From the NCBI RefSeq assembly GCF_003131205.1, contig NZ_QFFY01000002.1, positions 301,016 through 333,015 on the forward strand: a stretch of DNA of 32,000 bases, read 5' to 3'. Under the pieces are notes generated by a model. It made no database searches, had not been told where the DNA came from, and saw only the letters and a list, made by a program, of their open reading frames with translations. Position 1 is the first letter of the stretch. Every line of letters starts with the position of its first letter. Below, piece after piece: positions 23,346 through 32,000 of the stretch. The DNA comes from Occallatibacter savannae. GTDB taxonomy: Bacteria > Acidobacteriota > Terriglobia > Terriglobales > Acidobacteriaceae. The translations under genes and the position numbers were made by a program.

Positions 23346-24194
23346 TCAGTGTTGACAGCGCGCGCAGTAGTGCGTGCTGCGTCCCGCTACTACGATCCGC
23401 TTAACCTCGCTCCCGCAATTGCGGCATGGCTCGCCAGCCCTCTGATACACGTTGTGTTCGAGCTGGAAGAAGCCCTTCATGCCTTCCGCATCGACATAGT
23501 CCGAGACGGAAGATCCTCCAAGTCGAATCGCATGGTCCAGCACTTCCTTCAGAGCCTTCCGAAGCCGCTCCAGCTCCGCACGCGTCAGCTTTCCTGCTCT
23601 CCTTCGCGGGCGGATTCCGGCACGGAACAGGCTCTCGTCCGCGTAGATGTTCCCCACACCCGCCAGTAGGGTCTGGTTCAACAGGGCCGCCTTGATGGCC
23701 AGCTTTCTGCCGCGAAACAGCTTCGCGAACTCTTCACCATCAATGGTCAGCGGCTCTCTGCCTGGGCCGCCGAACTCGTCGCCCTTCTCGAGATCGCGGA
23801 ACTCCAGGCGCCCGAACCGTCTTGGATCCACAAACCTCAGCTCGCGCCCGCTCTCCAGTCGCAACCGCGCGTGGGTGTGTTTCGCAACCTCAGCTTCCGG
23901 TGTCGTTACGAGCAGCCGCCCGGTCATTCCCAGGTGAACGATCCACTGAGCTGCGATCTCGGCAGAGCCTGCCGCTCGCCTGATATCGCCTTGCACTCCG
24001 AGTTCTAGAACAATGTGCTTCCCGGTGCGGTGGACCGACTCGATCCTTCGCTCAACAAGCCCCTTGACCTGTCTCGCTGGCGGGTTCTTGAATGGTTCGC
24101 GATGCGACCCAAACCACGCCTCTACGATGCGGTCGCCCTTTACACGTTCATTCACGCCGCGCGCAATCGTCTCTACCTCGGGCAGCTCAGGCAT
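23346..24194 (-). CDS. mutM: Formamidopyrimidine-DNA glycosylase
   Basis: N-terminal MPELPEVETI, H2TH region, C-terminal zinc finger CRNCGSEVKRIVVAGRSTHYCARCQ. Confidence 0.93.
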   Translation of the reverse strand: MPELPEVETIARGVNERVKGDRIVEAWFGSHREPFKNPPARQVKGLVERRIESVHRTGKHIVLELGVQGDIRRAAGSAEIAAQWIVHLGMTGRLLVTTPEAEVAKHTHARLRLESGRELRFVDPRRFGRLEFRDLEKGDEFGGPGREPLTIDGEEFAKLFRGRKLAIKAALLNQTLLAGVGNIYADESLFRAGIRPRRRAGKLTRAELERLRKALKEVLDHAIRLGGSSVSDYVDAEGMKGFFQLEHNVYQRAGEPCRNCGSEVKRIVVAGRSTHYCARCQH

Positions 24195-24265
24195 GTCTTC
24201 ATTTTAAGATCGCGGAACATTCCTTCGAAATGACGACGCTCTGAGCGTTGCGACCAGCTATTGGT

Positions 24266-24772
24266 TCAGCGCCGCTCGCCTGGCTCTCGGATGCGGCTCG
24301 CCTCGAAGCTCACGATCTTCCAGACGCCATGCGGATCGCGCACGTACACCCTTGTATAGCGATAGGCCCCCGACATGTCTCCCTCAGGACCCGTCCCCTT
24401 GACCTCAGCTCGGGATGTCACCAGCGCGGTAGTACCGTAAAGCCTGATTTTACGATCCGAAACCTCGAGCGAGCTGAACTTCATCGCTCCCGATCGAAGT
24501 GCCGCCAGCGCCTGCTCTTTCGACTGCAGAATTCCGGTGGGCGTGATCGCCATGTAGTCATCTGCGAGCAAGCCGTCCATCGCGGAGATGTTCCCATGCA
24601 GGATCGCGTTCCGCCAGGCCTCTTCGAGCCGCTCGATTTGGTGCCGGCCTTCGTGCTTCTCAGCCCGTGGCATCGCCCAGAGGGATCCGGTCGCAGCGAA
24701 CACGGTAACCATCAGACCTACAAAGACAGGCCACCTCTTGAATACAGACGACGTTCCCTGGAGTGTTCGCAT
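24266..24772 (-). CDS. Membrane-anchored/secreted NTF2-like (DUF4440-type) protein
   Basis: ATG at 24772 gives MRTLQGTSSVFKRWPVFVGLMVTVFAATGSLWA. IERLEEAWRNAILHGNISAMDGLLADDY is a typical DUF4440 opening. Ends ..HGVWKIVSFEAS. Confidence 0.75.
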   Translation of the reverse strand: MRTLQGTSSVFKRWPVFVGLMVTVFAATGSLWAMPRAEKHEGRHQIERLEEAWRNAILHGNISAMDGLLADDYMAITPTGILQSKEQALAALRSGAMKFSSLEVSDRKIRLYGTTALVTSRAEVKGTGPEGDMSGAYRYTRVYVRDPHGVWKIVSFEASRIREPGERR

Positions 24773-24942
24773 AGGCGATAGGGATAGTAGCGGGGACACA
24801 TCTGCAGGGTCAATGCGAGAAATCACGCAGGCCTCCGGTCAACAATCCGCAAGTCACTGGTCTGCCATGACTGATGGATTGCCCGTCGAAGGTTGGACTG
24901 TATCTTTTGCAACCGGGTTTGTCGCCGCCGGTGAACTTCGTT

Positions 24943-25230
24943 TCAATCCAGCGCAGCGAGGTCTTCGCGGCTTCGCTCCAGCATCTTCTGGTAGAGCCCC
25001 GCGACCGCGAACTTCTTGAAGTGCGCCGACTGCCTGTGTGCCTCTTCCGCTTTCCCGTCTTCGTACTGCTCGTAGATAAGCACCGTGCACGGATCGCCCT
25101 GCACCCAGTGCGGAATGTAGCTCACGCAGCCGGGTTCCTGCCGTGAAGCCGTCGTCAGTGCGCGCAAAATTTCTGCAATCTCTGCCCGGTCTTCCTGGGC
25201 GAATTTCATCCGGACCGTAAAGCTGATCAT
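24943..25230 (-). CDS. Antibiotic-biosynthesis-monooxygenase (ABM) domain protein
   Basis: 95 aa: MISFTVRMKF...EPGCVSY...VLIYEQYEDGKAEEAHRQSAHFKKF, a classic ABM/YgiN-like ferredoxin-fold pattern. It lies 31 nt downstream of purA on the same strand. Confidence 0.8.
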   Translation of the reverse strand: MISFTVRMKFAQEDRAEIAEILRALTTASRQEPGCVSYIPHWVQGDPCTVLIYEQYEDGKAEEAHRQSAHFKKFAVAGLYQKMLERSREDLAALD

Positions 25231-25261
25231 GGGGAGCAGTTCCTCAGTATCCCGAATCGTT

Positions 25262-26578
25262 CTAAGCCTGGATTTCGTTCAGCGCCGCGGCAAACTCAGG
25301 AAGGACCATCGTCTGATCGCGGTCGGGCCCCGTCGATACCATGCCGATTTTCGCGCCGCTCTCACGCTCCTGGAAGCGCAGGTACTCCTGTGCGGCTTTC
25401 GGCAGCTTATCAAATTCTGTAATTCCCTCTGTGGAAGCGTGCCAGCCTTTCAGCTTTGTGTACACCGGCTTCACGCGCTCCAGCCCCTGCACATCCGCCG
25501 GAATCTCATCGCTAACTTTGCCGTCCACCTGGTATCCCACGCAGATCGGAATCTCATCGAGTTCGTCCAGCACGTCCATCTTCGTCACAACCAACCATTC
25601 CGCACCGTTCACCTGGTTGGAGTAGCGAAGCAGCGGGATATCCAACCATCCGCAACGTCGCGGCCTTCCCGTCACAGCTCCGTACTCATTTCCGCGAGCG
25701 CGCAACTGATCACCAACGGCCTCATGGATCTCGGTGGGGAACGGCCCCTCACCTACGCGCGTCACATACGCCTTGGTCACTGAAATTACCGTGCCGATCG
25801 CCGTCGGGCCCACTCCGGTTCCGGTCGCTGCTCCGCCCGCGGTCGCGGACGACGAAGTCACAAAGGGATACGTCCCGTGATCGATGTCCAACATCGTCCC
25901 CTGGGCGCCTTCGAACATCACCGAGCCGCCCTTGGCGATGATCTCGTTCAGCATCCTTCCCGTATCGGCGACAAATGGCCGAATCTCTTCCGCCGCAGCC
26001 GCATACTCCTCGTACATCTTCTCCGGCTCCAGAGGATCGGTCCCGAACAACGCATGCGCGATCGCATTCTTCTCGCTGCAGGCGGCATTGATGTGCGTCT
26101 TCAGCAGCTCCGGCCTCAGCAGATCAACGATGCGCAGTCCGCTCCGTGCCATTTTGTCTTCATATGCCGGCCCGATCCCGCGGCTGGTGGTTCCGATCCG
26201 CTGGCGCCCCGGCGCGCTCTCCGCGGCCAGTTCGATCATCCGGTGGTAGGGCAGGATCACCTGCGCACGATTCGATACGAACAGCTGTGCATCCACGTCG
26301 ATGCCCATGGCGCGCAGCTTTCCGACTTCCTTTAGGAAGGCGATTGGATCCAGCACCACGCCGTTCCCGATCACACCCTTGCAACCCGGCCGTAGCACTC
26401 CGCAGGGAATGAGCTGAAGTACAAACTTCTGTTCGCCGTGGATTACGGTGTGTCCCGCATTGTGTCCGCCGGCGTACCGCGCTACCGCGCTGAACCGCTC
26501 GCTCAGCACATCAACAATCTTTCCCTTGCCTTCGTCGCCCCACTGGGCGCCCAGAACCACTGCCGTCTTAGCTCGCAT
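25262..26578 (-). CDS. purA: Adenylosuccinate synthetase
   Basis: VVLGAQWGDEGKGKIVD P-loop, GHNAGHT, TTSRGIGPAYEDK, VTKAYVTRVGEGPFPTE. The ATG at 26578 is preferred over the TTG at 26581. Confidence 0.95.
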   Translation of the reverse strand: MRAKTAVVLGAQWGDEGKGKIVDVLSERFSAVARYAGGHNAGHTVIHGEQKFVLQLIPCGVLRPGCKGVIGNGVVLDPIAFLKEVGKLRAMGIDVDAQLFVSNRAQVILPYHRMIELAAESAPGRQRIGTTSRGIGPAYEDKMARSGLRIVDLLRPELLKTHINAACSEKNAIAHALFGTDPLEPEKMYEEYAAAAEEIRPFVADTGRMLNEIIAKGGSVMFEGAQGTMLDIDHGTYPFVTSSSATAGGAATGTGVGPTAIGTVISVTKAYVTRVGEGPFPTEIHEAVGDQLRARGNEYGAVTGRPRRCGWLDIPLLRYSNQVNGAEWLVVTKMDVLDELDEIPICVGYQVDGKVSDEIPADVQGLERVKPVYTKLKGWHASTEGITEFDKLPKAAQEYLRFQERESGAKIGMVSTGPDRDQTMVLPEFAAALNEIQA

Positions 26579-26644
26579 CAAACCGCCTGCTTCCTTCCAA
26601 AATCACACAAATACCCGCCGCAGCCTGCCACGGCTACGCGCGGG

Positions 26645-26674
26645 CGAAAAGGTGGCGCAAACACGTTGCGCCAC
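26645..26674 (-). terminator. Rho-independent terminator after the secreted hypothetical gene
   Basis: Perfect 9-bp stem GTGGCGCAA/TTGCGCCAC (26652-26674) with a 5-nt loop. The minus strand continues CTTTTCG. Confidence 0.65.
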
Positions 26675-26742
26675 GAACGATTTTAAACCCTGGTTCCAAA
26701 GCGAGCTGTGAAGACTCGTTCTCTATTGCGAATCGCCGCGAG

Positions 26743-27867
26743 TTACTTCCCGCTCATCTCCTGCTGGTGCTCCAGCATCGGTGCGGTCACCTGCTGGTAT
26801 CCTGCCGGCACCTCGAAGTGCGAGGGATCGACCGGACCCGAAGAGAAATTTGAAGTCGTCGTCTGCATCTCCATCAGGATCGCTGTCGTCGGCTGCGCCC
26901 CCGCCTGAGCCGCATTCTCATCCGGCGGCGGCGTGTCCTTCTTCTTTTTCCCGAACCCGCCGAATCCTCCCAGCTTGCTCGAGATCATTGAACTCATCCC
27001 CGCCTTCGCAATCTCACCTTTGCTCGGACCAGGGGCTTCCGCTGGCAGAGGTGCCTCTGACGCCGCCGGTAACGGCTGCCCGTTAGCTGTCGTTCCCATA
27101 CGCATCACCTGCATCACCGGGACGCCATCCAGCTTCTGCATCTCCTTCACCATGTCGCCCATGGCTTGATTCGCTCCAGGCTGCTGCGCCAGCATCCGGC
27201 TCATGTCCCGCCCAAACCCAACCGTCGCGTCGCCCATCTTCAGCGCGAATTTCTTGTAGAACTCCCGCACCTGCTCGTATCCCGGAACGGACGGCACCAT
27301 CCACATATCATTCGTGATTGCCAGATTTCCTGACTGCTGCTTCTGCGTGTTGGTGGCAGTCATCGCCATCGTCAGGATGGCCTCACTGCTGTTAAGGCCG
27401 CTCACATCCTTTGTGGCTCCGGTCTTCCGTACTTTCACATCGAAGCTCATCTGCACATTCTGCGCATCCGGACTCTGCGCCGTCTGCTGTGACTGCTGTT
27501 TAGCTTGCTCCTGCTGCATCCGCTCGCGTGCATTCTCGATGGCCTGCTTCATCTGGTCGAAAGTCATCACCGACCATGTCTTCTTCTCAACGTCGACTTG
27601 TGTGATCGTCTCCTTGTCCAAGTCGATGATCTGTATCTGGGTTGGTGAAACGTCCGCAAGTTGGTTGCCCTTGAGATAGATCGTAGAAGTCACAGGATCG
27701 CCCATATGACGCGCCTGCGAGCTGAAAACCCCGACAGTCTTCATCATCTTCAACAGCGATCCCCCGGTGATCTGAGTAGTCTGCTGATACGTGTAATCAC
27801 CGGCATACAGTACGGTAGGCAAGAAAAAGACGAACAACAACGAAGCACGCTTCAAGAGCGGGAACAT
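26743..27867 (-). CDS. Secreted hypothetical protein with Q-rich central linker (LolA/DUF4412-like fold suspected)
   Basis: ATG at 27867 with GGAGGA 6 nt upstream and signal peptide MFPLLKRASLLFVFFLPTVLYA. A terminator follows at 26645-26674. The family guess is weak. Confidence 0.7.
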   Translation of the reverse strand: MFPLLKRASLLFVFFLPTVLYAGDYTYQQTTQITGGSLLKMMKTVGVFSSQARHMGDPVTSTIYLKGNQLADVSPTQIQIIDLDKETITQVDVEKKTWSVMTFDQMKQAIENARERMQQEQAKQQSQQTAQSPDAQNVQMSFDVKVRKTGATKDVSGLNSSEAILTMAMTATNTQKQQSGNLAITNDMWMVPSVPGYEQVREFYKKFALKMGDATVGFGRDMSRMLAQQPGANQAMGDMVKEMQKLDGVPVMQVMRMGTTANGQPLPAASEAPLPAEAPGPSKGEIAKAGMSSMISSKLGGFGGFGKKKKDTPPPDENAAQAGAQPTTAILMEMQTTTSNFSSGPVDPSHFEVPAGYQQVTAPMLEHQQEMSGK

Positions 27868-28068
27868 GATTATCCTCCGATTCGAATTACGGCAGAAAAG
27901 AGCAGCCGAGGGCGCAGGGAGTGTAGCCCGAAGGATTGTGAGAGTCAATGCAATTGCGTTTCACAAAATCGGGCGAACAACGAACGGACCCCTCACATTC
28001 CAAGATTATGGTGTGCTCCGTCACTCTTCGGGAACTCCTGCGCCTCCGCTCGCGTAGCTCACAACATC

Positions 28069-30486
28069 ATGCTGAACGACCTAAAGTTCGCCGTCCGCCA
28101 ACTCGCCAAATCGCCTGGGTTCTTTTTCACCGCGCTCCTCACCCTAGCCCTCGGCATCGGTGCCAATGCGGTCGTCTTCAGCGTCCTGAATGCGCTCGTC
28201 CTGCGTCCCGTCAACGTTCCGCACGCAGAAAACCTCTACACCGTCCAGCGCTTCCGATTCCCCTCGCAGTCCTACCTCGACTACATCGACCTGCGCGATC
28301 GCAACCGCACCTTCTCCAGCCTGATTGCCTGCCAGATCACCGGCCCGGTCGGCATCGATACCGGCAAGAATCCCTCCACCGCCTGGCCCTATCTCGTCAC
28401 CGGCAACTATTTCGACGCCCTCGAAATCCAGCCCTTTATGGGCCGCTTCTTCCACGCTTCTGAAGAAAAAGGAAAGAACAGCATGCCCTTCGTGGTTCTG
28501 AGCTACGCCTACTGGCATAGCCACTTCCACGACGACAAAAGCGTCATCGGACGCTCCGTCGAAATCAACAAGCACCCGTTCACCATCATCGGCGTTGCCC
28601 CACAGTCCTTCCGCGGCACAGAACTCTTCTTCGCGCCCGCATTCTGGATTCCCCTTCTCGATCAACCCCTCATTCAGGGCAGCGACTCGCTTCAATACCG
28701 CGGCGATCACTCCCCGTGGGTCGTAGGCCGCCTCAAGCCCGGTGTCACTCCCGCTCAGGCCACCGAAGACCTCAACTCCATCGGTGCCTGGCTCGCCAAG
28801 ACCTACCCCCGTGACGACGACGGCATCAAGTTCTCGCTTGCCAAGCCCGGTCTGGTCGGCGATTTTCTCGGCGGACCCGCACGCGCCTTCATGGCCGGAG
28901 TCATGCTCCTCGCCGGCCTCATCCTGCTCGCCGCCTGCGCCAATCTCGGCAGCCTCTTCGCCGCACGAGCAGCCGATCGCGCCAAGGAAGTCGCTCTCCG
29001 CCTGGCTCTCGGCTCCAAGCGAGCCCTGATCCTGCGCCAGATGCTCACCGAAGCCGTCCTGCTCTCCGTTCTGGGTGGTATCCTCGGCCTCGCCGGAGGC
29101 GTTGTAATCCTCCGCGGCCTCAGCGCATGGCAGCCCATCCCGGACGTTCCCATCAACGTCCCTGTCAATCCTGACATCCGCACCTATTCGGTTGCGCTTC
29201 TGCTTTCTCTCCTCAGCGGACTCATCTTCGGCATCGTCCCGGTCCGCCAGATCATGCGCTCCGACCCATGGCAGATGATCCGCACCGGCATGAGTTCCAC
29301 CACGGGATTGAAGCGCTTTACGCTCCGCGACGTATTGCTCGTCATCCAGATTGCTATCTGCGCCGTTCTCGTCACATCTTCCCTGGTCGCCGTACGTGGT
29401 CTGATTCGCTCGTTGAACAGCAGCTTCGGTTTCCACCCGCAGAACGTTGTCCTCGTCTCAAGCGATCTGCGCATGGCCGGATACAACGACGATCGTGCTG
29501 CTCAGATGGAGCAACGACTGCTCGAAAGCGTCGGCAACATCCCCGGGGTCTCAAACGTCGGCTTCATCGACAATCTCCCTCTCAGCCTTGGCGGCGGCGA
29601 CTCCTACGTCTACACCGATGCCACCACCGACTTCCGGCCCACCAACTATGCCGCCGACGCGATGAACTACCGCATCTCCCCCGGCTACCTCGAAGCCGCC
29701 GGCACACGCCTCATCGCGGGCCGCAATCTGACGCTCGCTGACGATAAGAAAGCTCCGAGAGTTGCCGTCATCAACCATCAGTTCGCCATGAAGGTCTTCG
29801 GCTCCGTCGATAAAGCCATTGGCGGCCACTTCAAATACTGGGGGAGCGAACGCGCCGAAGTCGTCGGTGTCGTTGAGGACGGCAAATACCGCAGTCTCAC
29901 CGAAGATCAGATGCCCGCCATGTTCTTCTCGTTCCTCCAGCATCCTCAAGGCAGTACATGGCTCGTCGTGCGCTCGCAACGGGACCCCTCCGAAATCACT
30001 GCCGCGCTCGAACGAACCATTCGCAGCATCGATTCAGGACTACCTTTTACCATCACTACTTGGAATCAGGAGATGAACTCGGCCCTATTCCCAGCGCGAG
30101 TGGCTAGCGTTGCTTTAGGCGTACTCGGAATTCTCGGAGCAATGCTCGCCATCACCGGCATCTTCGGCATGGCGTCCTACGTCGTCAGCAAGCGCCTCCG
30201 CGAACTCGGCATTCGCGTCGCACTCGGAGCAAGCCAGCGTCAGATCTTAGGCGCTTCTCTCGGCCGCGCATTCCGGCTGCTGGCCATCGGCTCCGTTGCT
30301 GGTGTCGCTCTCGGTGTACTCGGGGCGCGAGTTCTCGCCTTCATCGTCTACCAGGCAACACCCAAAGATCCGTTGGTGCTTTTCGGCGTGACCGCAACGA
30401 TGCTGGTGCTGGGGATGCTCGCATCATGGATCCCCGCGCGCCGCGCACTCGCGGTGGACCCGCTTGTTCTCTTGCGAGACGAATAA
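28069..30486 (+). CDS. ADOP-family ABC-type permease (duplicated FtsX/MacB-like domains), no adjacent ATPase
   Basis: Canonical ADOP N-terminus MLNDLKFAVRQLAKSPGFFFTALLTLALGIGANAVVFSVLNALVLRPV. There are two FtsX-type 4-TM modules with large periplasmic loops. The ORF track's 27661 start would overlap the divergent gene, so it is rejected. Confidence 0.88.
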   Translation: MLNDLKFAVRQLAKSPGFFFTALLTLALGIGANAVVFSVLNALVLRPVNVPHAENLYTVQRFRFPSQSYLDYIDLRDRNRTFSSLIACQITGPVGIDTGKNPSTAWPYLVTGNYFDALEIQPFMGRFFHASEEKGKNSMPFVVLSYAYWHSHFHDDKSVIGRSVEINKHPFTIIGVAPQSFRGTELFFAPAFWIPLLDQPLIQGSDSLQYRGDHSPWVVGRLKPGVTPAQATEDLNSIGAWLAKTYPRDDDGIKFSLAKPGLVGDFLGGPARAFMAGVMLLAGLILLAACANLGSLFAARAADRAKEVALRLALGSKRALILRQMLTEAVLLSVLGGILGLAGGVVILRGLSAWQPIPDVPINVPVNPDIRTYSVALLLSLLSGLIFGIVPVRQIMRSDPWQMIRTGMSSTTGLKRFTLRDVLLVIQIAICAVLVTSSLVAVRGLIRSLNSSFGFHPQNVVLVSSDLRMAGYNDDRAAQMEQRLLESVGNIPGVSNVGFIDNLPLSLGGGDSYVYTDATTDFRPTNYAADAMNYRISPGYLEAAGTRLIAGRNLTLADDKKAPRVAVINHQFAMKVFGSVDKAIGGHFKYWGSERAEVVGVVEDGKYRSLTEDQMPAMFFSFLQHPQGSTWLVVRSQRDPSEITAALERTIRSIDSGLPFTITTWNQEMNSALFPARVASVALGVLGILGAMLAITGIFGMASYVVSKRLRELGIRVALGASQRQILGASLGRAFRLLAIGSVAGVALGVLGARVLAFIVYQATPKDPLVLFGVTATMLVLGMLASWIPARRALAVDPLVLLRDE

Positions 30487-30523
30487 CACAAGAAGCCTTT
30501 GAGCAGAGCCCAGGTGTCCTATC

Positions 30524-30545
30524 TCTCCCATGATGGTATGGGAGA
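30524..30545. terminator. Hairpin between convergent ADOP permease and ku genes
   Basis: TCTCCCAT-gatggt-ATGGGAGA is a perfect 8-bp stem. There is no U-tract on either strand. Confidence 0.3.
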
Positions 30546-30571
30546 CCGCAGTCTGCCCGTTCCCCTACGTC

Positions 30572-31492
30572 CTACGCCGACTTGCGCTTCGCCGACTTGG
30601 CCGGGGCCTTCACAATTCCGATTCCCTTCGCCGGCGGCTCCTTGACGCTCTTCACCGGCTTCTTCGCAGCCGCGGGGGCTGGACGCGCCTCGCTTCCGAT
30701 ACTCTTGCGCAGCGCATCCATCAGGTTCACCACATTGCTCGGCCGCTGCTTCGGACCCTCGTCGATCGGCACCGGCATATTGTTCACCTTCGCCTCCACC
30801 AGCGCCTTCACCGCGGTTTCATAGCTGTCTTCGAATTTGTCCATCTCCAGCTTCGATGACATCCGCTCAACCAGCATCTCCGCAAGCTGCAGCGAATCCG
30901 CCGGAATCGGCGGCTGCTTGATGTCCTTGAAATAGTCTTCCTGTTTTCGCAACTCGTACGCATACCGCAGCGTGTATCCCATCATCCCCGGGCTGTCTTT
31001 GCCCACTGGCACCAGCGCAAACACATGCTCGCGGCCTGAGAACGCCACCTTGCCGATCGCCGCCTTGCCGGTATCCACGAGTGCCTGCCGCACCACGTTG
31101 AACGCCTCGGCCGACATGTCATTGTCGGGAATCACGTAGTACGGCTTCTCTACAAACATCGGGCTCAGTTCCGCCACATCCACAAACTGCCCCACCGCGA
31201 TTGTGTGCTTAGAGGGGACCCGGAGATTCTCCAGTTCGCTGGACTCAACGATCACATACTGGCCTTTGCGATACTCGTACCCCTTTACGATCTCATCGCT
31301 CTCCACAGCCGTAGTCGCCTCGCGGCTTTCGGCTGCGCTTTCCAGTACCTTCTGGTGGCGAATCCGTTCGCCCGTACGACGGCTGATCTGGTGAAAGCTG
31401 ATCTGGCTTTTGCTTTCGGTCGCAACGTAAAGACTCACGCCGAACGACACGAGCGAAATCTGAACGTTGCCTGACCAATAAGGACGTGCCAT
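30572..31492 (-). CDS. ku: Ku protein (non-homologous end joining) with Lys/Ala/Pro-rich basic C-terminal tail
   Basis: MARPYWSGNVQISLVSFGVSLYVATE...HQISRRTGERIRHQKV is the bacterial Ku core. GGAGG lies 6 nt upstream of the ATG. Confidence 0.92.
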   Translation of the reverse strand: MARPYWSGNVQISLVSFGVSLYVATESKSQISFHQISRRTGERIRHQKVLESAAESREATTAVESDEIVKGYEYRKGQYVIVESSELENLRVPSKHTIAVGQFVDVAELSPMFVEKPYYVIPDNDMSAEAFNVVRQALVDTGKAAIGKVAFSGREHVFALVPVGKDSPGMMGYTLRYAYELRKQEDYFKDIKQPPIPADSLQLAEMLVERMSSKLEMDKFEDSYETAVKALVEAKVNNMPVPIDEGPKQRPSNVVNLMDALRKSIGSEARPAPAAAKKPVKSVKEPPAKGIGIVKAPAKSAKRKSA

Positions 31493-31580
31493 GGGGACCT
31501 CCGAAACTGTGCGGAGAAAACGCGCAACGGCGCAAAGATCCGCAGACTCAGGAGTCTAGCGCAATTCGTCAACGTCGGAG

Positions 31581-31603
31581 AAGTGCTTATCTGATAAACA
31601 CTT
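31581..31603. promoter_or_regulatory. 11-1-11 near-perfect palindrome upstream of ku (candidate operator)
   Basis: AAGTGCTTATC-T-GATAAACACTT has one mismatch between arms. It lies 89-111 nt upstream of the ku ATG. Confidence 0.3.
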
Positions 31604-31685
31604 GCCCTTCGTCTTCTCTTCGCCTGGCGTTGGATTCCGCACTGGATCGGATGCGTTTGAGTGCGTATTTGAAGAAGTATGCGTC

Positions 31686-31886
31686 CTACATCCGCCTGAG
31701 CAGATGGACAGCCGACCACCCGACAGTGACTCCGATCGAGCGCACCAACGTCGGCCACACCGGCATGAAAAGCGAAAACCCCACAGCCGTAAACGTCCAC
31801 AGAAACAGCGCCCATGTAATCGTGTTCCGCGGATCGGCGTAGCTCTTCTTCAGCTTCGAAAGTATCCGGCTCTGCTGCTCATCCAT
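31686..31886 (-). CDS. Small membrane protein (2 predicted TM helices)
   Basis: ATG at 31886 preceded by GAGGAG 7 nt upstream. 66 aa with WALFLWTFTAVGFSLFM and VRSIGVTVGWSAV hydrophobic segments. Confidence 0.5.
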   Translation of the reverse strand: MDEQQSRILSKLKKSYADPRNTITWALFLWTFTAVGFSLFMPVWPTLVRSIGVTVGWSAVHLLRRM

Positions 31887-32000
31887 TGCCCTCTCCTCTT
31901 CTACGAGTACCTGCCTGGGAGATTCCTGAAACCAAACCATTCAAACCCAAAGGTGCAGTCTGGGGATAGGTACAAAGTAATCTCCGCCGCGGGCGGCTTA

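Noticed and set aside
22540-23355. ORFs 22310..22642(+), 22540..22968(+), 22970..23224(+), 23035..23355(+), 23060..23338(-) as genes.
   Set aside because: Their translations are low-complexity (R/S/P/C-rich) with no start context. They run across hairpins and inverted repeats, which points to non-coding DNA.
7625-24772. Three NTF2-like/DUF4440 secreted proteins (7625..8095, 15137..15613, 24266..24772) as a paralogous system.
   Set aside because: The sequences are too divergent to be recent paralogues and are not linked to common partners. This fold is simply abundant in Acidobacteria.
27661-28068. A 136-codon N-terminal extension of the ADOP permease ORF (track start 27661).
   Set aside because: It would overlap the divergent secreted-protein gene (26743..27867). 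The ATG at 28069 yields the canonical ADOP N-terminus MLNDLKFAVRQLAKSPGF.

Overview
High-GC (about 60-62%) bacterial chromosomal window. The gene content suggests Acidobacteriota, probably Acidobacteriaceae-like: an ADOP-type duplicated FtsX permease, many secreted NTF2-like proteins and Tat-exported glycosidases. This taxon call is an inference. I support 27 protein-coding calls. They include a truncated pabB/ADC-lyase fusion, a hemicellulose-type glycosidase set (GH67 alpha-glucuronidase with C-terminal CBM, GH63/GH37-like hydrolase, GH2), a Tat-signal M24 peptidase, a frameshifted molybdopterin oxidoreductase, a six-blade Kelch surface protein, and HIT, mutM, purA and ku. I see no rRNA, tRNA, CRISPR array, transposase or integrase. 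I did not find a convincing multi-gene novel system. Six things are not explained by ordinary annotation. (1) A family of 7-nt-periodic ACTG-core tandem tracts lies at four intergenic sites in the first 8.3 kb, several abutting stop codons. (2) A 43-codon in-frame, palindrome-rich, low-complexity insertion sits inside the GH67 carbohydrate-binding module. (3) A roughly 5 kb lower-GC island (about 15.9-20.9 kb) contains a 1.5 kb ORF-free stretch with an orphan intrinsic terminator (candidate sRNA), a G-quadruplex motif and a perfect palindrome. (4) A second ORF-free kilobase (22.3-23.3 kb) contains a nested long-range inverted repeat (MITE-like or structured RNA) and a 13-14 bp perfect hairpin. 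(5) One protein fuses about 170 aa of Q/G/R/K-rich disorder to a receiver-like domain. (6) A 1-nt frameshift in a homopolymer splits the Mo-oxidoreductase gene. All family assignments come from reading motifs by eye, because no searches could be run.
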